From positions 1 through 62,245 of the forward strand of contig JAICJC010000004.1 of NCBI GenBank assembly GCA_025928655.1: a stretch of DNA of 62,245 nt. Reading direction: 5' to 3'. Source of the stretch: Thermoleophilia bacterium. Lineage in GTDB: Bacteria; Actinomycetota; Thermoleophilia; Gaiellales; JAICJC01. The translations under genes and the position numbers were made by a program. The notes under the pieces are model-generated. The model saw only the letters and a program-made list of their open reading frames with translations, made no database searches and was not told where the DNA came from. This document shows positions 9,204 through 18,384 of the stretch, in pieces; position 1 is the stretch's first letter, and each line of letters opens with the position of its first letter.

Positions 9204-10690
9204 ACGGCGGTCTCCGCGGCGGCCGGGTCGTCGGGAAGCGCCGGCATGCGCTCGAGCGAGCGCCGGTGGAAGATCCACAGGAGCCCGATCCAGACGATGC
9301 CGGCGACCGTCATGCCGATCGTGTACTTGGCCGCCTTGTGGAAGACGTCCGGGCCGAACACGACGAGCAGCTCGTAGATGAGCCAGGCAAGCGCCACCCC
9401 GACCACGAGCGGCTCCCACTTCCCGAGCGAGAAGTAGCCCTCCTCGACCTTGAGGCGGTTGCGGGTGTAGATGTAGAGCAGCACCGTCGCCAGGTAGTAC
9501 ATGGCCGGCAGCTGGGTCGAGGCCGTGAAGAGGTCGAACACGCGATCCGAGAACCAGATCAGCAGGATCGCGGCGACCACCCAGCCCAGCACGACCGCGT
9601 TCACGGGCGTGCGCGTCGTCTGGTTGATCCGGCGGAACAGCTGGTAGCCGGGGAAGCGCTCGTCGCGCGACATCGACCAGATCAGCCGCCCCTGCGACAC
9701 GTAGATGATCAGGCCGCAGGCGAAGATCGAGATGCACACGAAGATCAGGAACAGCTTCTCGATGACGTTGCCGAGCTGGATCTTGATGATGTCGGCGACG
9801 ACCGTCGACGACGCGCTCAGCTCGGGGATCTTCCCGGTGGGCATCGCGACCACGACGGCGATCAGGAACACCATGCCGATGATGCCCGAGTAGAGGACGG
9901 CGGTCCACATCGCCCGCGGCACGATCCGGCGCGGCTCGTGGGTCTCCTCGGCCAGGTTCGCCGCCGTCTCGAAGCCGACGATCGTGTACGCGCCGAGCAG
10001 GGTCGAGAGCATGATCGGGCCGAGCCACTTGAACCACGGGCCGGTGACGATGCCGGTGGAGGACAGGTTCGAGAACGAGCCGTCGGAGCCGACGAGCACG
10101 GCGACGATGAGCGCGACCGTGAGGCCGACGATGCCGATGATCTCCGTCGCGACGGCCGCGTTGTTGACGATCTCGACGAGCTTCGTCGAGAAGATGATCA
10201 TGAGCGCCTGCACGATCACGACGCCGAGCGTCACGAGCACGTCCTGCGAGACGTCCGCCCCGGGGAGCGAGAACATGGTGTGGGCGCCGTTCGTGATGTT
10301 GAAGAGCGGGTCGAACGCCGTCAGGACGAATCCGCCGTAGTCGACCGAGATCACGACGATCGCGAGGAACGAGTACGAGAGCCAGCCGATGAAGAGGCCG
10401 ACGACCGGGTTCGTGAGGCGGGACGCCCACTGGTACGAGAACCCCGACAGCGGGATCTTCGCGGCGAGCGCGCCGAAGACGAGGGCCACGCAGAGCTGGC
10501 CGACGATCACGATCGGCCACGTCCAGATCGAGTCCGGGCCGCCGCTCTGCAGCGCGAACGCCATCGTCGTGAAGATGCCGGTCGTGATCGAGATGAACGA
10601 GAACGCCACGGCGAACGAGGTGAACGAGCGGATTGTCCGCTCGAACTCCTGCCGGTAGCCGAACAGGCTGACGTCGTGGTCTTGGCTCAT
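9200..10690 (-). CDS. APC-family amino acid/amine permease
   Basis: About 12 TM segments; FAVAFSFISI, GFETAANLAEET. Confidence 0.9.
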   Translation of the reverse strand: MSQDHDVSLFGYRQEFERTIRSFTSFAVAFSFISITTGIFTTMAFALQSGGPDSIWTWPIVIVGQLCVALVFGALAAKIPLSGFSYQWASRLTNPVVGLFIGWLSYSFLAIVVISVDYGGFVLTAFDPLFNITNGAHTMFSLPGADVSQDVLVTLGVVIVQALMIIFSTKLVEIVNNAAVATEIIGIVGLTVALIVAVLVGSDGSFSNLSSTGIVTGPWFKWLGPIMLSTLLGAYTIVGFETAANLAEETHEPRRIVPRAMWTAVLYSGIIGMVFLIAVVVAMPTGKIPELSASSTVVADIIKIQLGNVIEKLFLIFVCISIFACGLIIYVSQGRLIWSMSRDERFPGYQLFRRINQTTRTPVNAVVLGWVVAAILLIWFSDRVFDLFTASTQLPAMYYLATVLLYIYTRNRLKVEEGYFSLGKWEPLVVGVALAWLIYELLVVFGPDVFHKAAKYTIGMTVAGIVWIGLLWIFHRRSLERMPALPDDPAAAETAV

Positions 10691-10718
10691 GTGCTCTCCC
10701 CTCTCCCTCTTCGTGGAC

Positions 10719-11435
10719 TCACGGGACGAATGCCTCCGAGTGGAACCGCGACCGCCCGGCCAGGAACCGGTCCTCGGCGTACTCGACCGGCTTGCCGGTC
10801 TCGTCGAACGCCCGCCGGCGCACCAGCATGAGCGGCTCTCCGATGTGACAGCCGAGCAGCCGCACGGCGTCCGCCTCGGCCCGGACCGGCTCGAGCTCCT
10901 GCTCGGCCCGGCGCAGGCGGATGCCGTAGTCCTCGGCCAGGATGGCGTAGATCGAGCGGGTCTCGAGATCCTTGTGGTCGAGCGCGGGCGCGACGATGTC
11001 GGGGAACCACGAGCGCTCGAGCGCGACCGGCATCCCGTTCGCCGTGCGCAGCCGCTCGAGGTGGTAGACCGACTCGCCGGTGCGCAGCTCGAACAGCCGG
11101 GCCAGGTCGCGGTCGGCCGGCGCGTGCTCGGAGACGAGGATGCGCGCGCCCGGCCGCAGGCCGGCCGACAGCATCCCGCGCGAGAAGGACATGAGGACGC
11201 GCATGTCCATCGACACCCGCGGCTGGGCGACGTAGGTGCCCGAGCCCTGGCGGCGCTCGATCACGCCGGCCGACTCGAGCAGCTGCATCGACCGCCGCAG
11301 GGTCGGGCGGGCGACGCCGAGCTCCCCGGCCAGCTCGCGCTCCGTCGGCAGCCGGTCGCCCGCCTGCAGGCCGGTGTCCTCGATCCGGCGCTCGATCGTG
11401 TCGCGCACCTGCAGGTAGCGGGCGGGACGGCTCAC
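10719..11435 (-). CDS. GntR (HutC/UTRA) transcriptional regulator
   Basis: GDRLPTERELA...RRQGSGTYV plus UTRA domain; GTGA overlap start. Confidence 0.9.
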   Translation of the reverse strand: MSRPARYLQVRDTIERRIEDTGLQAGDRLPTERELAGELGVARPTLRRSMQLLESAGVIERRQGSGTYVAQPRVSMDMRVLMSFSRGMLSAGLRPGARILVSEHAPADRDLARLFELRTGESVYHLERLRTANGMPVALERSWFPDIVAPALDHKDLETRSIYAILAEDYGIRLRRAEQELEPVRAEADAVRLLGCHIGEPLMLVRRRAFDETGKPVEYAEDRFLAGRSRFHSEAFVP

Positions 11436-11650
11436 CGGCGCCTCCCCGCGAGGTAGGCGGCAAGCCCGGCGGCGGCGACGGCCGCGAGCGGCACCCGCAG
11501 CGCGCGGGCGAGCATGGGCACGTCCTCGGGGCCGACGTGGATGCGCGACCCCCACGCCCCGAGGCGGCCCTCGACGACGAGCTCGCGGCCCTCGAGCCGG
11601 ACGGCCTCGACCTCGAACGGCAGGTCGCCGATGGGGGAGCTGACCCTCAC
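11432..11650 (-). CDS. Small hypothetical membrane-anchored protein (72 aa)
   Basis: GTGA-coupled on both sides; C-terminal hydrophobic helix followed by RRR. Confidence 0.6.
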   Translation of the reverse strand: MRVSSPIGDLPFEVEAVRLEGRELVVEGRLGAWGSRIHVGPEDVPMLARALRVPLAAVAAAGLAAYLAGRRR

Positions 11651-12438
11651 GCCGCCGCCTCCGTCCCGAGCAGGCCGCGCACCTCGGCCGCGGCCCGGGC
11701 GCCGGCCTCGCGGGCGCCGGCGACGGTGGCCGGGTCGGCCAGGGATCCCGCGTACACGACCCCGGGCCCCTCCCACACGGCGCCGTCGACGTTGCGGAGC
11801 GGCGCGAGGCCGTGGGCGAGGACGACGGCGTCGCACGCGATCCGCTCGTCGCCCGCGAGCAGGGCAGTCACGCGCGGCCCGCCCTCGACCGCGGCCGGCG
11901 TCACCCCCTCGACGACGCGGACGCCGCCGGGCAGCGGGCGGGACGGGCCGTCAGGGGCGAGCAGTGTGACGGCCTCGGCGCCCGCGGCCAGCAGCTCGTG
12001 GCAGGCGCGGGCGGCCCAGTCGCCGCCCCCAACGACGCACGGGCGGCGGCCGACGAGGAGCCCGTTCTCGGCCAGGTGACAGGCGACCGGCGCCGGTACG
12101 ACGCCGGCCGGCCGGCCGCCGGCGATGCCCAGCTCGGCCCGCGTGAGCGGCCGCGCCCCCGTCGCCACGACGAGCGCCGCGGCGGGCAGGCGCTGCACCC
12201 CGCCGGGGCCGACCGCAAGGAGCGCCTCGCCGTCCCAGCGAACGGCGGTCGCGCCGAGGCGCATCGCGACGCCGGCGCGCAGCACTGCCCGGTGGAGGGC
12301 GACCGTCTCCGGCGCCCGCCAGCCGTGCACGCCGCCGGCGACAGGGATGCGGTCGAACACCTCGACCCGCTCGCCCGGCGCGAGCTCGGCCGCGCACGCG
12401 AGCCCGGTGATGCCGGCGCCGACGATCGCGACCGTCAC
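11647..12438 (-). CDS. FAD/NAD(P)-dependent oxidoreductase
   Basis: VAIVGAGITG, LVVATGAR; GTGA overlap. Confidence 0.8.
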   Translation of the reverse strand: MTVAIVGAGITGLACAAELAPGERVEVFDRIPVAGGVHGWRAPETVALHRAVLRAGVAMRLGATAVRWDGEALLAVGPGGVQRLPAAALVVATGARPLTRAELGIAGGRPAGVVPAPVACHLAENGLLVGRRPCVVGGGDWAARACHELLAAGAEAVTLLAPDGPSRPLPGGVRVVEGVTPAAVEGGPRVTALLAGDERIACDAVVLAHGLAPLRNVDGAVWEGPGVVYAGSLADPATVAGAREAGARAAAEVRGLLGTEAAA

Positions 12439-13883
12439 GACGCCACCCCCAGCGTCGCCTCGGGCTCGCCGACCGGGATCTCCCACGGCTGCATCCCCAT
12501 GTGCAGGCTGAGCAGGAAGGACACGCCGGCGAGGCACACCGTCCCCTGACAGCGGCCGCCCGCGGCCCGGGTGCGCTTGCGCAGGGCGTCGAGCGAGCGG
12601 GGCGGCACCCGCATCGCGCAGGCGGCCGCGATCTCCGCCGCCGTCACCTGCTCGCAGGCGCACACGACCTGGCCGTAGCGGGGATCGAGGTGGAGCAGCC
12701 GCTCGGGGTCGGGATGGCCGAGGAGCCGCGGCAGCGGCGCCAGCGCGGTCTGCGCGGAGGCGTCCTCGGCCTCGACCGGCGCGCCCGCGTCGGCGAGCAG
12801 CGAGTGCACCAGGTCGGCCGTCGCCGGGGACGACGAGACGCCCGTGGAGCGGATCCCGGCGGCGTGGACGAGGTTTCCGACGCGCGAGTCCGGTCCGACC
12901 CGGTAGACGGGATCGGAGGCCGGCCGGTTGGCGGCGAAGAGCTTGATCGCCTGGTCGCGGCGCACGGCGGGCACGAGCCGCTGCGCGGCCGCGAACACCG
13001 CGTCGAGCGTGTCGCTGTCGACGGCCTTCTCACCCGGGTAGCTCGAGTCGACGGCGGTCGGCCCCAGGAGGAGGGAGCCGTTCGTGGTGGGGACGCAGTA
13101 GATGCCGCGGGTCAGCTCGGTCGGGACGCCGCCGACGATCTTCGCGAACCGCCCGCCCAGCTCGCGATCGAGCAGCAGGTACTGGCCCTGCCGCGGCCAC
13201 ATCTCGAACTCGTCGCCGCCGGCCAGGGCGGAGATGCGCCCGGCCTCGATCCCGGCCGCGTTCACGACGAACCGCGCCGCCAGCCGTCCCCGGGCCGTCC
13301 GCACGCCGGCGATCCTGCCGCCGTCGCGGTCGAATCCCGTGACCGGCGCCCCCGTGAGCACGTCGACGCCGTTTCGGGCCGCGAGCTCGGCGTAGCCGAT
13401 CACGAGGCGCAGCGAGTCGACGATGCCGTCGTCGGGGATGTGCACCGCCGCCAGGGCCCGGGGGGAGACGAGCGGCTCGAGGGCGCGCGCCTCCGATCCG
13501 GACAGGAGCTCGGATCGGCATCCGTTGCGCACTGCCTGCTCGCGCAGGTGCTGCAGGCCGCGCTCCTCCTGCGCCGACATCGCGACGGCGAGCGTGCCGA
13601 TGCGGCGCCAGGGCGTGTCGAGCGAGGCGCACAGCTCCTCCCAGCGCGGGCTCGAGCGGGTGACGAGGTCGGCCTCGAGCGTGCCCGGCGCGCAGTCGGC
13701 GCCGGACGTCGCGATGCCCGTGTTGCCCTTCGAGGCGCCCTCGCCCACGTCGTGGGCCGCCTCGACGAGCGCGACCCGCGCCGTCGTGAAGGACAGCCGC
13801 CAGGCGATCGCACACCCGACCACGCCGCCGCCCACGACGACGACGTCGTAGTCCCGCCGGCCGTGTCCGTCGTCGGGCGGCAT
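12435..13883 (-). CDS. FAD-dependent oxidoreductase with C-terminal BFD-like [2Fe-2S] domain (LhgO/GlpA-like)
   Basis: VVVGGGVVG, ASKGNTG, VCACEQVT...RTRAAGGRCQGTVC. Confidence 0.85.
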   Translation of the reverse strand: MPPDDGHGRRDYDVVVVGGGVVGCAIAWRLSFTTARVALVEAAHDVGEGASKGNTGIATSGADCAPGTLEADLVTRSSPRWEELCASLDTPWRRIGTLAVAMSAQEERGLQHLREQAVRNGCRSELLSGSEARALEPLVSPRALAAVHIPDDGIVDSLRLVIGYAELAARNGVDVLTGAPVTGFDRDGGRIAGVRTARGRLAARFVVNAAGIEAGRISALAGGDEFEMWPRQGQYLLLDRELGGRFAKIVGGVPTELTRGIYCVPTTNGSLLLGPTAVDSSYPGEKAVDSDTLDAVFAAAQRLVPAVRRDQAIKLFAANRPASDPVYRVGPDSRVGNLVHAAGIRSTGVSSSPATADLVHSLLADAGAPVEAEDASAQTALAPLPRLLGHPDPERLLHLDPRYGQVVCACEQVTAAEIAAACAMRVPPRSLDALRKRTRAAGGRCQGTVCLAGVSFLLSLHMGMQPWEIPVGEPEATLGVAS

Positions 13884-13914
13884 GTGCGGAGAGGAATAGA
13901 CCTTTCCCAAGCTG

Positions 13915-13926
13915 AAGTCAAGACTT
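13915..13926. promoter_or_regulatory. Candidate HutC/GntR operator AAGTCAAGACTT
   Basis: Near-palindrome resembling GTxTAxAC upstream of the GntR-containing operon; related GGTCTA half-sites at ~13897 and ~13947. Confidence 0.4.
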
Positions 13927-13979
13927 TTCGATGTGAGCCTGTAATTGGTCTACCTGAGCCGCGACCGTCGCCCACAACC

Positions 13980-14037
13980 GGGGACTGTCCCCGATCCATC
14001 GGGGACAGTCCCCATCTCCGGCAGTCCCCATCTCCGG
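13980..14037. repeat. Perfect 16-bp inverted repeat of GGGGACWGTCCCC units plus a 16-bp tandem duplication
   Basis: ggggactgtccccgat-cc-atcggggacagtcccc, overlapping (cagtccccatctccgg)x2. Confidence 0.8.
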
Positions 14038-14058
14038 CATGTAGAACTCCTTGCAGGC

Positions 14059-15387
14059 GTGATCGAGCTCGCCACAGGCGCGGAGGCGCAGCGCTACCTG
14101 CTGGAGGCCCGGCAGATGCAGGCGCTCTCGTTCGCCGTGCACATCCCGCTCGTCTGCTTCGGGATCGCCTTCCCGACGATGGTGCTGATCGCCGAGTGGC
14201 TGCACATGCGCACCGGCGACGCCGTCTACCGGACGCTGGCCCGCCGGTGGACGCGGGTGATGCTGGCCCTGTTCGCCGCGGGCGTGGTCACGGGGACGGT
14301 GCTCTCGTTCGAGATGGGCCTCTTGTGGCCGCAGTTCACCGCCGTATTCGGGAGCGTGTTCGGGCTCGGCTTCGCGGTCGAGGGGTTCTCGTTCTTCCTC
14401 GAGGCGATCTTCATCGGGATCTACGCCTACGGGTGGGACCGGCTGCCGCCGCGGCTGCATCTCGCGAGCGGCATCCCGATCGTGATCGCCGGCGTCACGG
14501 GATCGCTGATGGTGATCTCCGTGAACGGCTGGATGAACCACCCCGAGGGCTTCCGGCTCGTGCACGGCCGCGCCGTCGACGTCGACCCGGTGCGCGCCCT
14601 CTTCGTGAACTCGAACTTCTGGCACGAGCTCGTGCACATGTACGTCGCCGGGTACATGGTCACGGGCTTCCTCGTCGCGGCCGCCTACGCCGTCCAGCGG
14701 CTGCGCGGCAGCTTCGGCCGGTACGAGCGGACGGCGCTCGTCATCCCGCTCTCGCTCGCCGTCGTCGCCTCGATCGTGCAGGCGCCGGTCGGCGACTGGG
14801 CGGGCCGGGTCGTGGCCGAGAACCAGCCCATCAAGCTGGCGGCATTCGAGGGCGTCGGCCACACGGAGCAGGGCGCCGACGAGCACCTGCTCGGCTACTA
14901 CGAGGACGGCGAGGTGAAGTACGGCATTCCGATCCCCGACATGCTCTCGCTGCTCGCCTACCACGACCCGAACGCCGTCGTCCGCGGCCTCGACACGGTG
15001 CCGGCCGGCGACCGGCCGCCCGTGAACGTGGTGCGGTTCGCCTTCCAGACCATGGTCGGCATCGGCACGCTGCTCTTCCTGCTCTCGCTCGCCGTCGTCT
15101 ATGTGCGCGTGCGCCGCCGGCGGCTGCCCGACTCGCCCTGGTTCTACCGCGCGCTCGCGCTGGCCGGGCCGTTGTCGGTCGTCGCGCTGATCGCGGGCTG
15201 GGTGACGACCGAGGTCGGCCGCCAGCCGTGGGTGGTCTACCACGTCATGCGCACATCGCAGGCCGTGACGGGCGCGAGCGGCATCCCGGTCGGGTACGGG
15301 ACGCTCGCCGCGGTCTACCTGGCGCTTGCGATCGGCGTCGGCTGGGTGCTCGTGCGCCTCTCTCGCATCCCGATGGAGGGCGCGTGA
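14059..15387 (+). CDS. cydA: Cytochrome bd ubiquinol oxidase subunit I
   Basis: FAVHIP, GVVTGTVLSFE, NGWMNHP, QPIKLAAFE, GWVTTEVGRQPW; start position approximate. Confidence 0.93.
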   Translation: MIELATGAEAQRYLLEARQMQALSFAVHIPLVCFGIAFPTMVLIAEWLHMRTGDAVYRTLARRWTRVMLALFAAGVVTGTVLSFEMGLLWPQFTAVFGSVFGLGFAVEGFSFFLEAIFIGIYAYGWDRLPPRLHLASGIPIVIAGVTGSLMVISVNGWMNHPEGFRLVHGRAVDVDPVRALFVNSNFWHELVHMYVAGYMVTGFLVAAAYAVQRLRGSFGRYERTALVIPLSLAVVASIVQAPVGDWAGRVVAENQPIKLAAFEGVGHTEQGADEHLLGYYEDGEVKYGIPIPDMLSLLAYHDPNAVVRGLDTVPAGDRPPVNVVRFAFQTMVGIGTLLFLLSLAVVYVRVRRRRLPDSPWFYRALALAGPLSVVALIAGWVTTEVGRQPWVVYHVMRTSQAVTGASGIPVGYGTLAAVYLALAIGVGWVLVRLSRIPMEGA

Positions 15388-16598
15388 TGGTGCTCGACAC
15401 GCTCCCGATCGTCTTCGTGCTCGCCGGGCTCGCCTTCTACGTCGTGCTCGGTGGCGCCGACTTCGGCGCCGGCCTGTGGCAGCTCCTGGCGGGCCGGGGC
15501 GCGCCGGCGCAGCGGATCCGCGACCACGCCCACCACGCCATGGGGCCCGTCTGGGAGGCGAACCACGTCTGGCTGATCTTCGTGATCACCGTCCTGTGGA
15601 CCGGGTATCCGCGCGTGTTCGCCTCGATCGCCTCGACGCTCTCGATCCCGTTCTTCGTGGCGGCGATCGGGATCATCCTGCGCGGCGGCGCGTACGCCCT
15701 GCGGCCGGGCACGCGCACCGCCCGGGAGCAGCGGACGCTCGAGACGGTGCTCTCGGTCTCCTCCATCATGGCGCCGCTCGCGCTCGGGATGACGGTGGGG
15801 GCGATCGCGGGCGGCCGCGTCCCGGTCGGGAACGCCGCCGGCGACCTGGTGACGAGCTGGCTGAACCCGCTCTCGATCACGATCGGGCTGATCTCGGTCG
15901 CGTTCAGCGCGTATCTGGCGGCCGTGTTCCTGAGCGGCGACGCCGTCCGCCGCGGCGAGGCCGGCCTGGCCGAGCGCTTCCGGGCGCGGGCGCTCGCCTC
16001 GGGCGTCGTCGCCGGGGTCGCCGCCGTCGCGGGCGTGATCGCGCTGCGGCGCGACGCGCACGACCTCTACCACGAGCTCGTATTCGGCCGCGCGCGCCCC
16101 GCGCTGATCGTGTCGGCGGCCGCCGGCATGGCGACGGTCGGCCTCGTGCGCCGCCGCCGGTACGAGCCGGCCCGGTACACCGCCGCGCTCGCCGTCGCCG
16201 CCGTGATCGCGGGATGGGCGCTGGCGCAGGCGCCCGATCTGCTCCCCGGCTACACGATCGAGCGCGCGGCGGCGCCCGACAACACGATGATCGCGCTCAT
16301 CGTCGCCGTGATCGCCGGCGGCATCATCCTCTTCCCGTCGCTCGCAGTGCTCTTCCGGCTCACACTGGCAGGCCAGCTCTCGCCGGGCGAGGCGGCGTCC
16401 GACGCTCCCGGCGAGGGACGGCCGCCGGCGACCGGCGGGGGGAGGGCCGCGCGGGGCGCGGTCGCCTGCCTGGTGGTCGCCCTCGGCTTCCTCACGGTCG
16501 CCGATGCCGCCTGGGCGCACGCGGTCGGCGTCGCGGCGCTCTTCGGGTTCGCGATCCTGGGAGCGGCGGCGCTCATCGCGCCGGAGATCAAGACCTGA
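15387..16598 (+). CDS. cydB: Cytochrome bd ubiquinol oxidase subunit II with C-terminal extension
   Basis: LGGADFGAG, GPVWEANHVWLIF; TGATG coupling to cydA. Confidence 0.92.
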   Translation: MVLDTLPIVFVLAGLAFYVVLGGADFGAGLWQLLAGRGAPAQRIRDHAHHAMGPVWEANHVWLIFVITVLWTGYPRVFASIASTLSIPFFVAAIGIILRGGAYALRPGTRTAREQRTLETVLSVSSIMAPLALGMTVGAIAGGRVPVGNAAGDLVTSWLNPLSITIGLISVAFSAYLAAVFLSGDAVRRGEAGLAERFRARALASGVVAGVAAVAGVIALRRDAHDLYHELVFGRARPALIVSAAAGMATVGLVRRRRYEPARYTAALAVAAVIAGWALAQAPDLLPGYTIERAAAPDNTMIALIVAVIAGGIILFPSLAVLFRLTLAGQLSPGEAASDAPGEGRPPATGGGRAARGAVACLVVALGFLTVADAAWAHAVGVAALFGFAILGAAALIAPEIKT

Positions 16599-16603
16599 CG
16601 ACC

Positions 16604-16887
16604 GACCCGCCAAGAGGGGTCAGACCCCTTCTGGCGGGTCCCCCGCCCCGAGACGCATAACCGTTGCCAGGCACCGGCTATTCACGCACGATGCCGTCCT
16701 CGACCCGCCAAGAGCGGTCTGACCCCTTCTGGCGGGTCCCCACCCCGAAACGCATAACCGGTGCCAGGCACCCGCTATTCAGGCGCCCGGCCAAGATCGA
16801 CGAGCACGGTGCCGTCCTCGACCCGCCAAGAGGGGTCTGACCCCTTCTGGCGGGTCCCCCGCATGACCGGTGCCTGGCAACGGTTAT
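16604..16887. repeat. BIME-like array: 3x 37-bp GGGGTCWGACCCC hairpin alternating with 3x GGTGCCWGGCACC-type palindrome
   Basis: A units at 16604-16640, 16702-16738, 16820-16856; B units at ~16657, 16754, 16863; lies between convergent genes. Confidence 0.85.
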
Positions 16888-17255
16888 GCACGCGCCCGGC
16901 CGAGGTCGACCAGCACGGTGCCTTCCTCGACCCGGACGGGGTACGTGCGCACCCGCAGGCGGGAGCCGGGCGCGACCGCCCGCCCGTCGCGCGCGTCGAA
17001 CTCCCAGCCGTGCCACGCGCACGTCACGGTCGGGCAGGCGTCGTCGACGTCCAGCGCGAGCGGATCGGCGGCCGACGCAACGATGCGCGGGCCGAGCCGG
17101 CCCCGGCACACCGGGCCCCCGGCGTGCGGGCAGACGTTGCGCAGCGCGTAGAGCTGATCGCCGTCCCAGCGGACGATCCCGACCTCGACCCGCCCGGCCC
17201 GCACCACGGTCATGCTCCGGTACGGGAACCGCGCGAGCTCGCCGACCGGTGTCAG
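16884..17255 (-). CDS. Rieske [2Fe-2S] ferredoxin
   Basis: NVCPHAG...CAWHGWEFD; start uncertain (CTG at 17255 or 17267, or ATG at ~17213). Confidence 0.85.
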   Translation of the reverse strand: MTPVGELARFPYRSMTVVRAGRVEVGIVRWDGDQLYALRNVCPHAGGPVCRGRLGPRIVASAADPLALDVDDACPTVTCAWHGWEFDARDGRAVAPGSRLRVRTYPVRVEEGTVLVDLGRARA

Positions 17256-18343
17256 GCCCCGTTCCAGCCGAAGAGCTCCATCGCGTTGTCGTGGAAGACC
17301 TTGCGGTGCCAGGCCTCCGGGATGTTGCGGCCGATGTCGGCGATGTCGTCCGTGTCCCAGTGCGGGTAGTCGGAGGAGAAGCAGAGGATGTCCTCGGCGC
17401 CGATCAGCTCGAGCAGTCCCAGCATGTGCCGCCGGCTGGGCGCGATCTCGAGCGGCTGGGTCGTCACCCGGACGTGCTCGTAGAAATACTCGCTCGGCGC
17501 ACGCTTGAGCCACGGCGCCTCCCGCCGCAGGCCGCGGAAGTCCATGTCGAACCGCCACAGCACGGCCGGGATCCAGGCGACGCCCGCCTCCATCAGGAGC
17601 ACCCGCAGTCGCGGGAACTTCTCGAAGACGCCGTGCACGATCATGCTGACGAGGTGGGTCATGATCCCCTGCGGGATCAGGGTGTGGTGCTCGAGGTAGA
17701 GGCTCGGCACGCCGCTTCCAACCGGCGACAGGCGCATCGAGGCGAACGACTCCCCGGCCGCGTGGATCGCGATGGGCAGCCCGAGCTCCTCGGCCGCCTC
17801 GTAGATCGGATGGAAGAGCGGATGCCCGAACGGCTTCCCGATCCCGTTCGTCGCCAGCAGGCCGGCCGCGACCCGGGGGTGGCCCCCGATCCGGCGCAGC
17901 TCCCGGGCAGCCTCCTCGGGCAGCTGGTTCGCCAGGATCGCCGTCCCGTACAGGCGCGCGTCGCTGCCGTCGAGCCAGTGCTCGATCGACCAGTCGTTCG
18001 CCGCGCGGGCCAGCTCCGCCGCCCAGTACGGGTTCGCGTTCGCGGCCAGGTACGTGCCCGCCCCGAACGTCAGCAGACCGCGCTCGACCCGGTAGGGACC
18101 GAGCAGCTGCTCCTCCATCAGCGCGTGGCTCGAGCCGGGCGGCCCGCCCTCCTGCGGCCAGGCGTCGTCGCGGAACACCCCGCCGGGGTTGGGGTGGACC
18201 TCGCTCGGGATGACCGGCATGGGCTGTCGCCCGCCCGAGCGGGTCGCGTACTCGCGCCAGCCCGCCGACAGATACGGGAGGAGGACGTCCTGCGACGGCC
18301 AGTCGTGGTGGATATCGCAATCGACGATCGGCCCGCTGTACAC
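17252..18343 (-). CDS. Amidohydrolase_2 (TIM-barrel) family protein
   Basis: IVDCDIH, PIAIH, EAGVAW, FSSDYPHWD; leaderless GTG after TAGGCT. Confidence 0.85.
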   Translation of the reverse strand: MYSGPIVDCDIHHDWPSQDVLLPYLSAGWREYATRSGGRQPMPVIPSEVHPNPGGVFRDDAWPQEGGPPGSSHALMEEQLLGPYRVERGLLTFGAGTYLAANANPYWAAELARAANDWSIEHWLDGSDARLYGTAILANQLPEEAARELRRIGGHPRVAAGLLATNGIGKPFGHPLFHPIYEAAEELGLPIAIHAAGESFASMRLSPVGSGVPSLYLEHHTLIPQGIMTHLVSMIVHGVFEKFPRLRVLLMEAGVAWIPAVLWRFDMDFRGLRREAPWLKRAPSEYFYEHVRVTTQPLEIAPSRRHMLGLLELIGAEDILCFSSDYPHWDTDDIADIGRNIPEAWHRKVFHDNAMELFGWNGA

Positions 18344-18384
18344 CGGTGGCAGCCTAGCGACGGCGGTGTGGTGACCGTCCCCGC

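Noticed and set aside
7743-10520. 925-aa permease-kinase fusion
   Set aside because: The upstream half is an alternative frame of the permease; the kinase begins near 9203
12501-16598. 1365-aa ORF as a giant CydB fusion
   Set aside because: Only 15387-16598 is CydB; the upstream part is off-frame to cydA and antisense to the oxidoreductase
16604-16887. CRISPR array
   Set aside because: Only three long hairpin units; the spacers are related to each other and to the adjacent gene, lengths are irregular, and there are no cas genes
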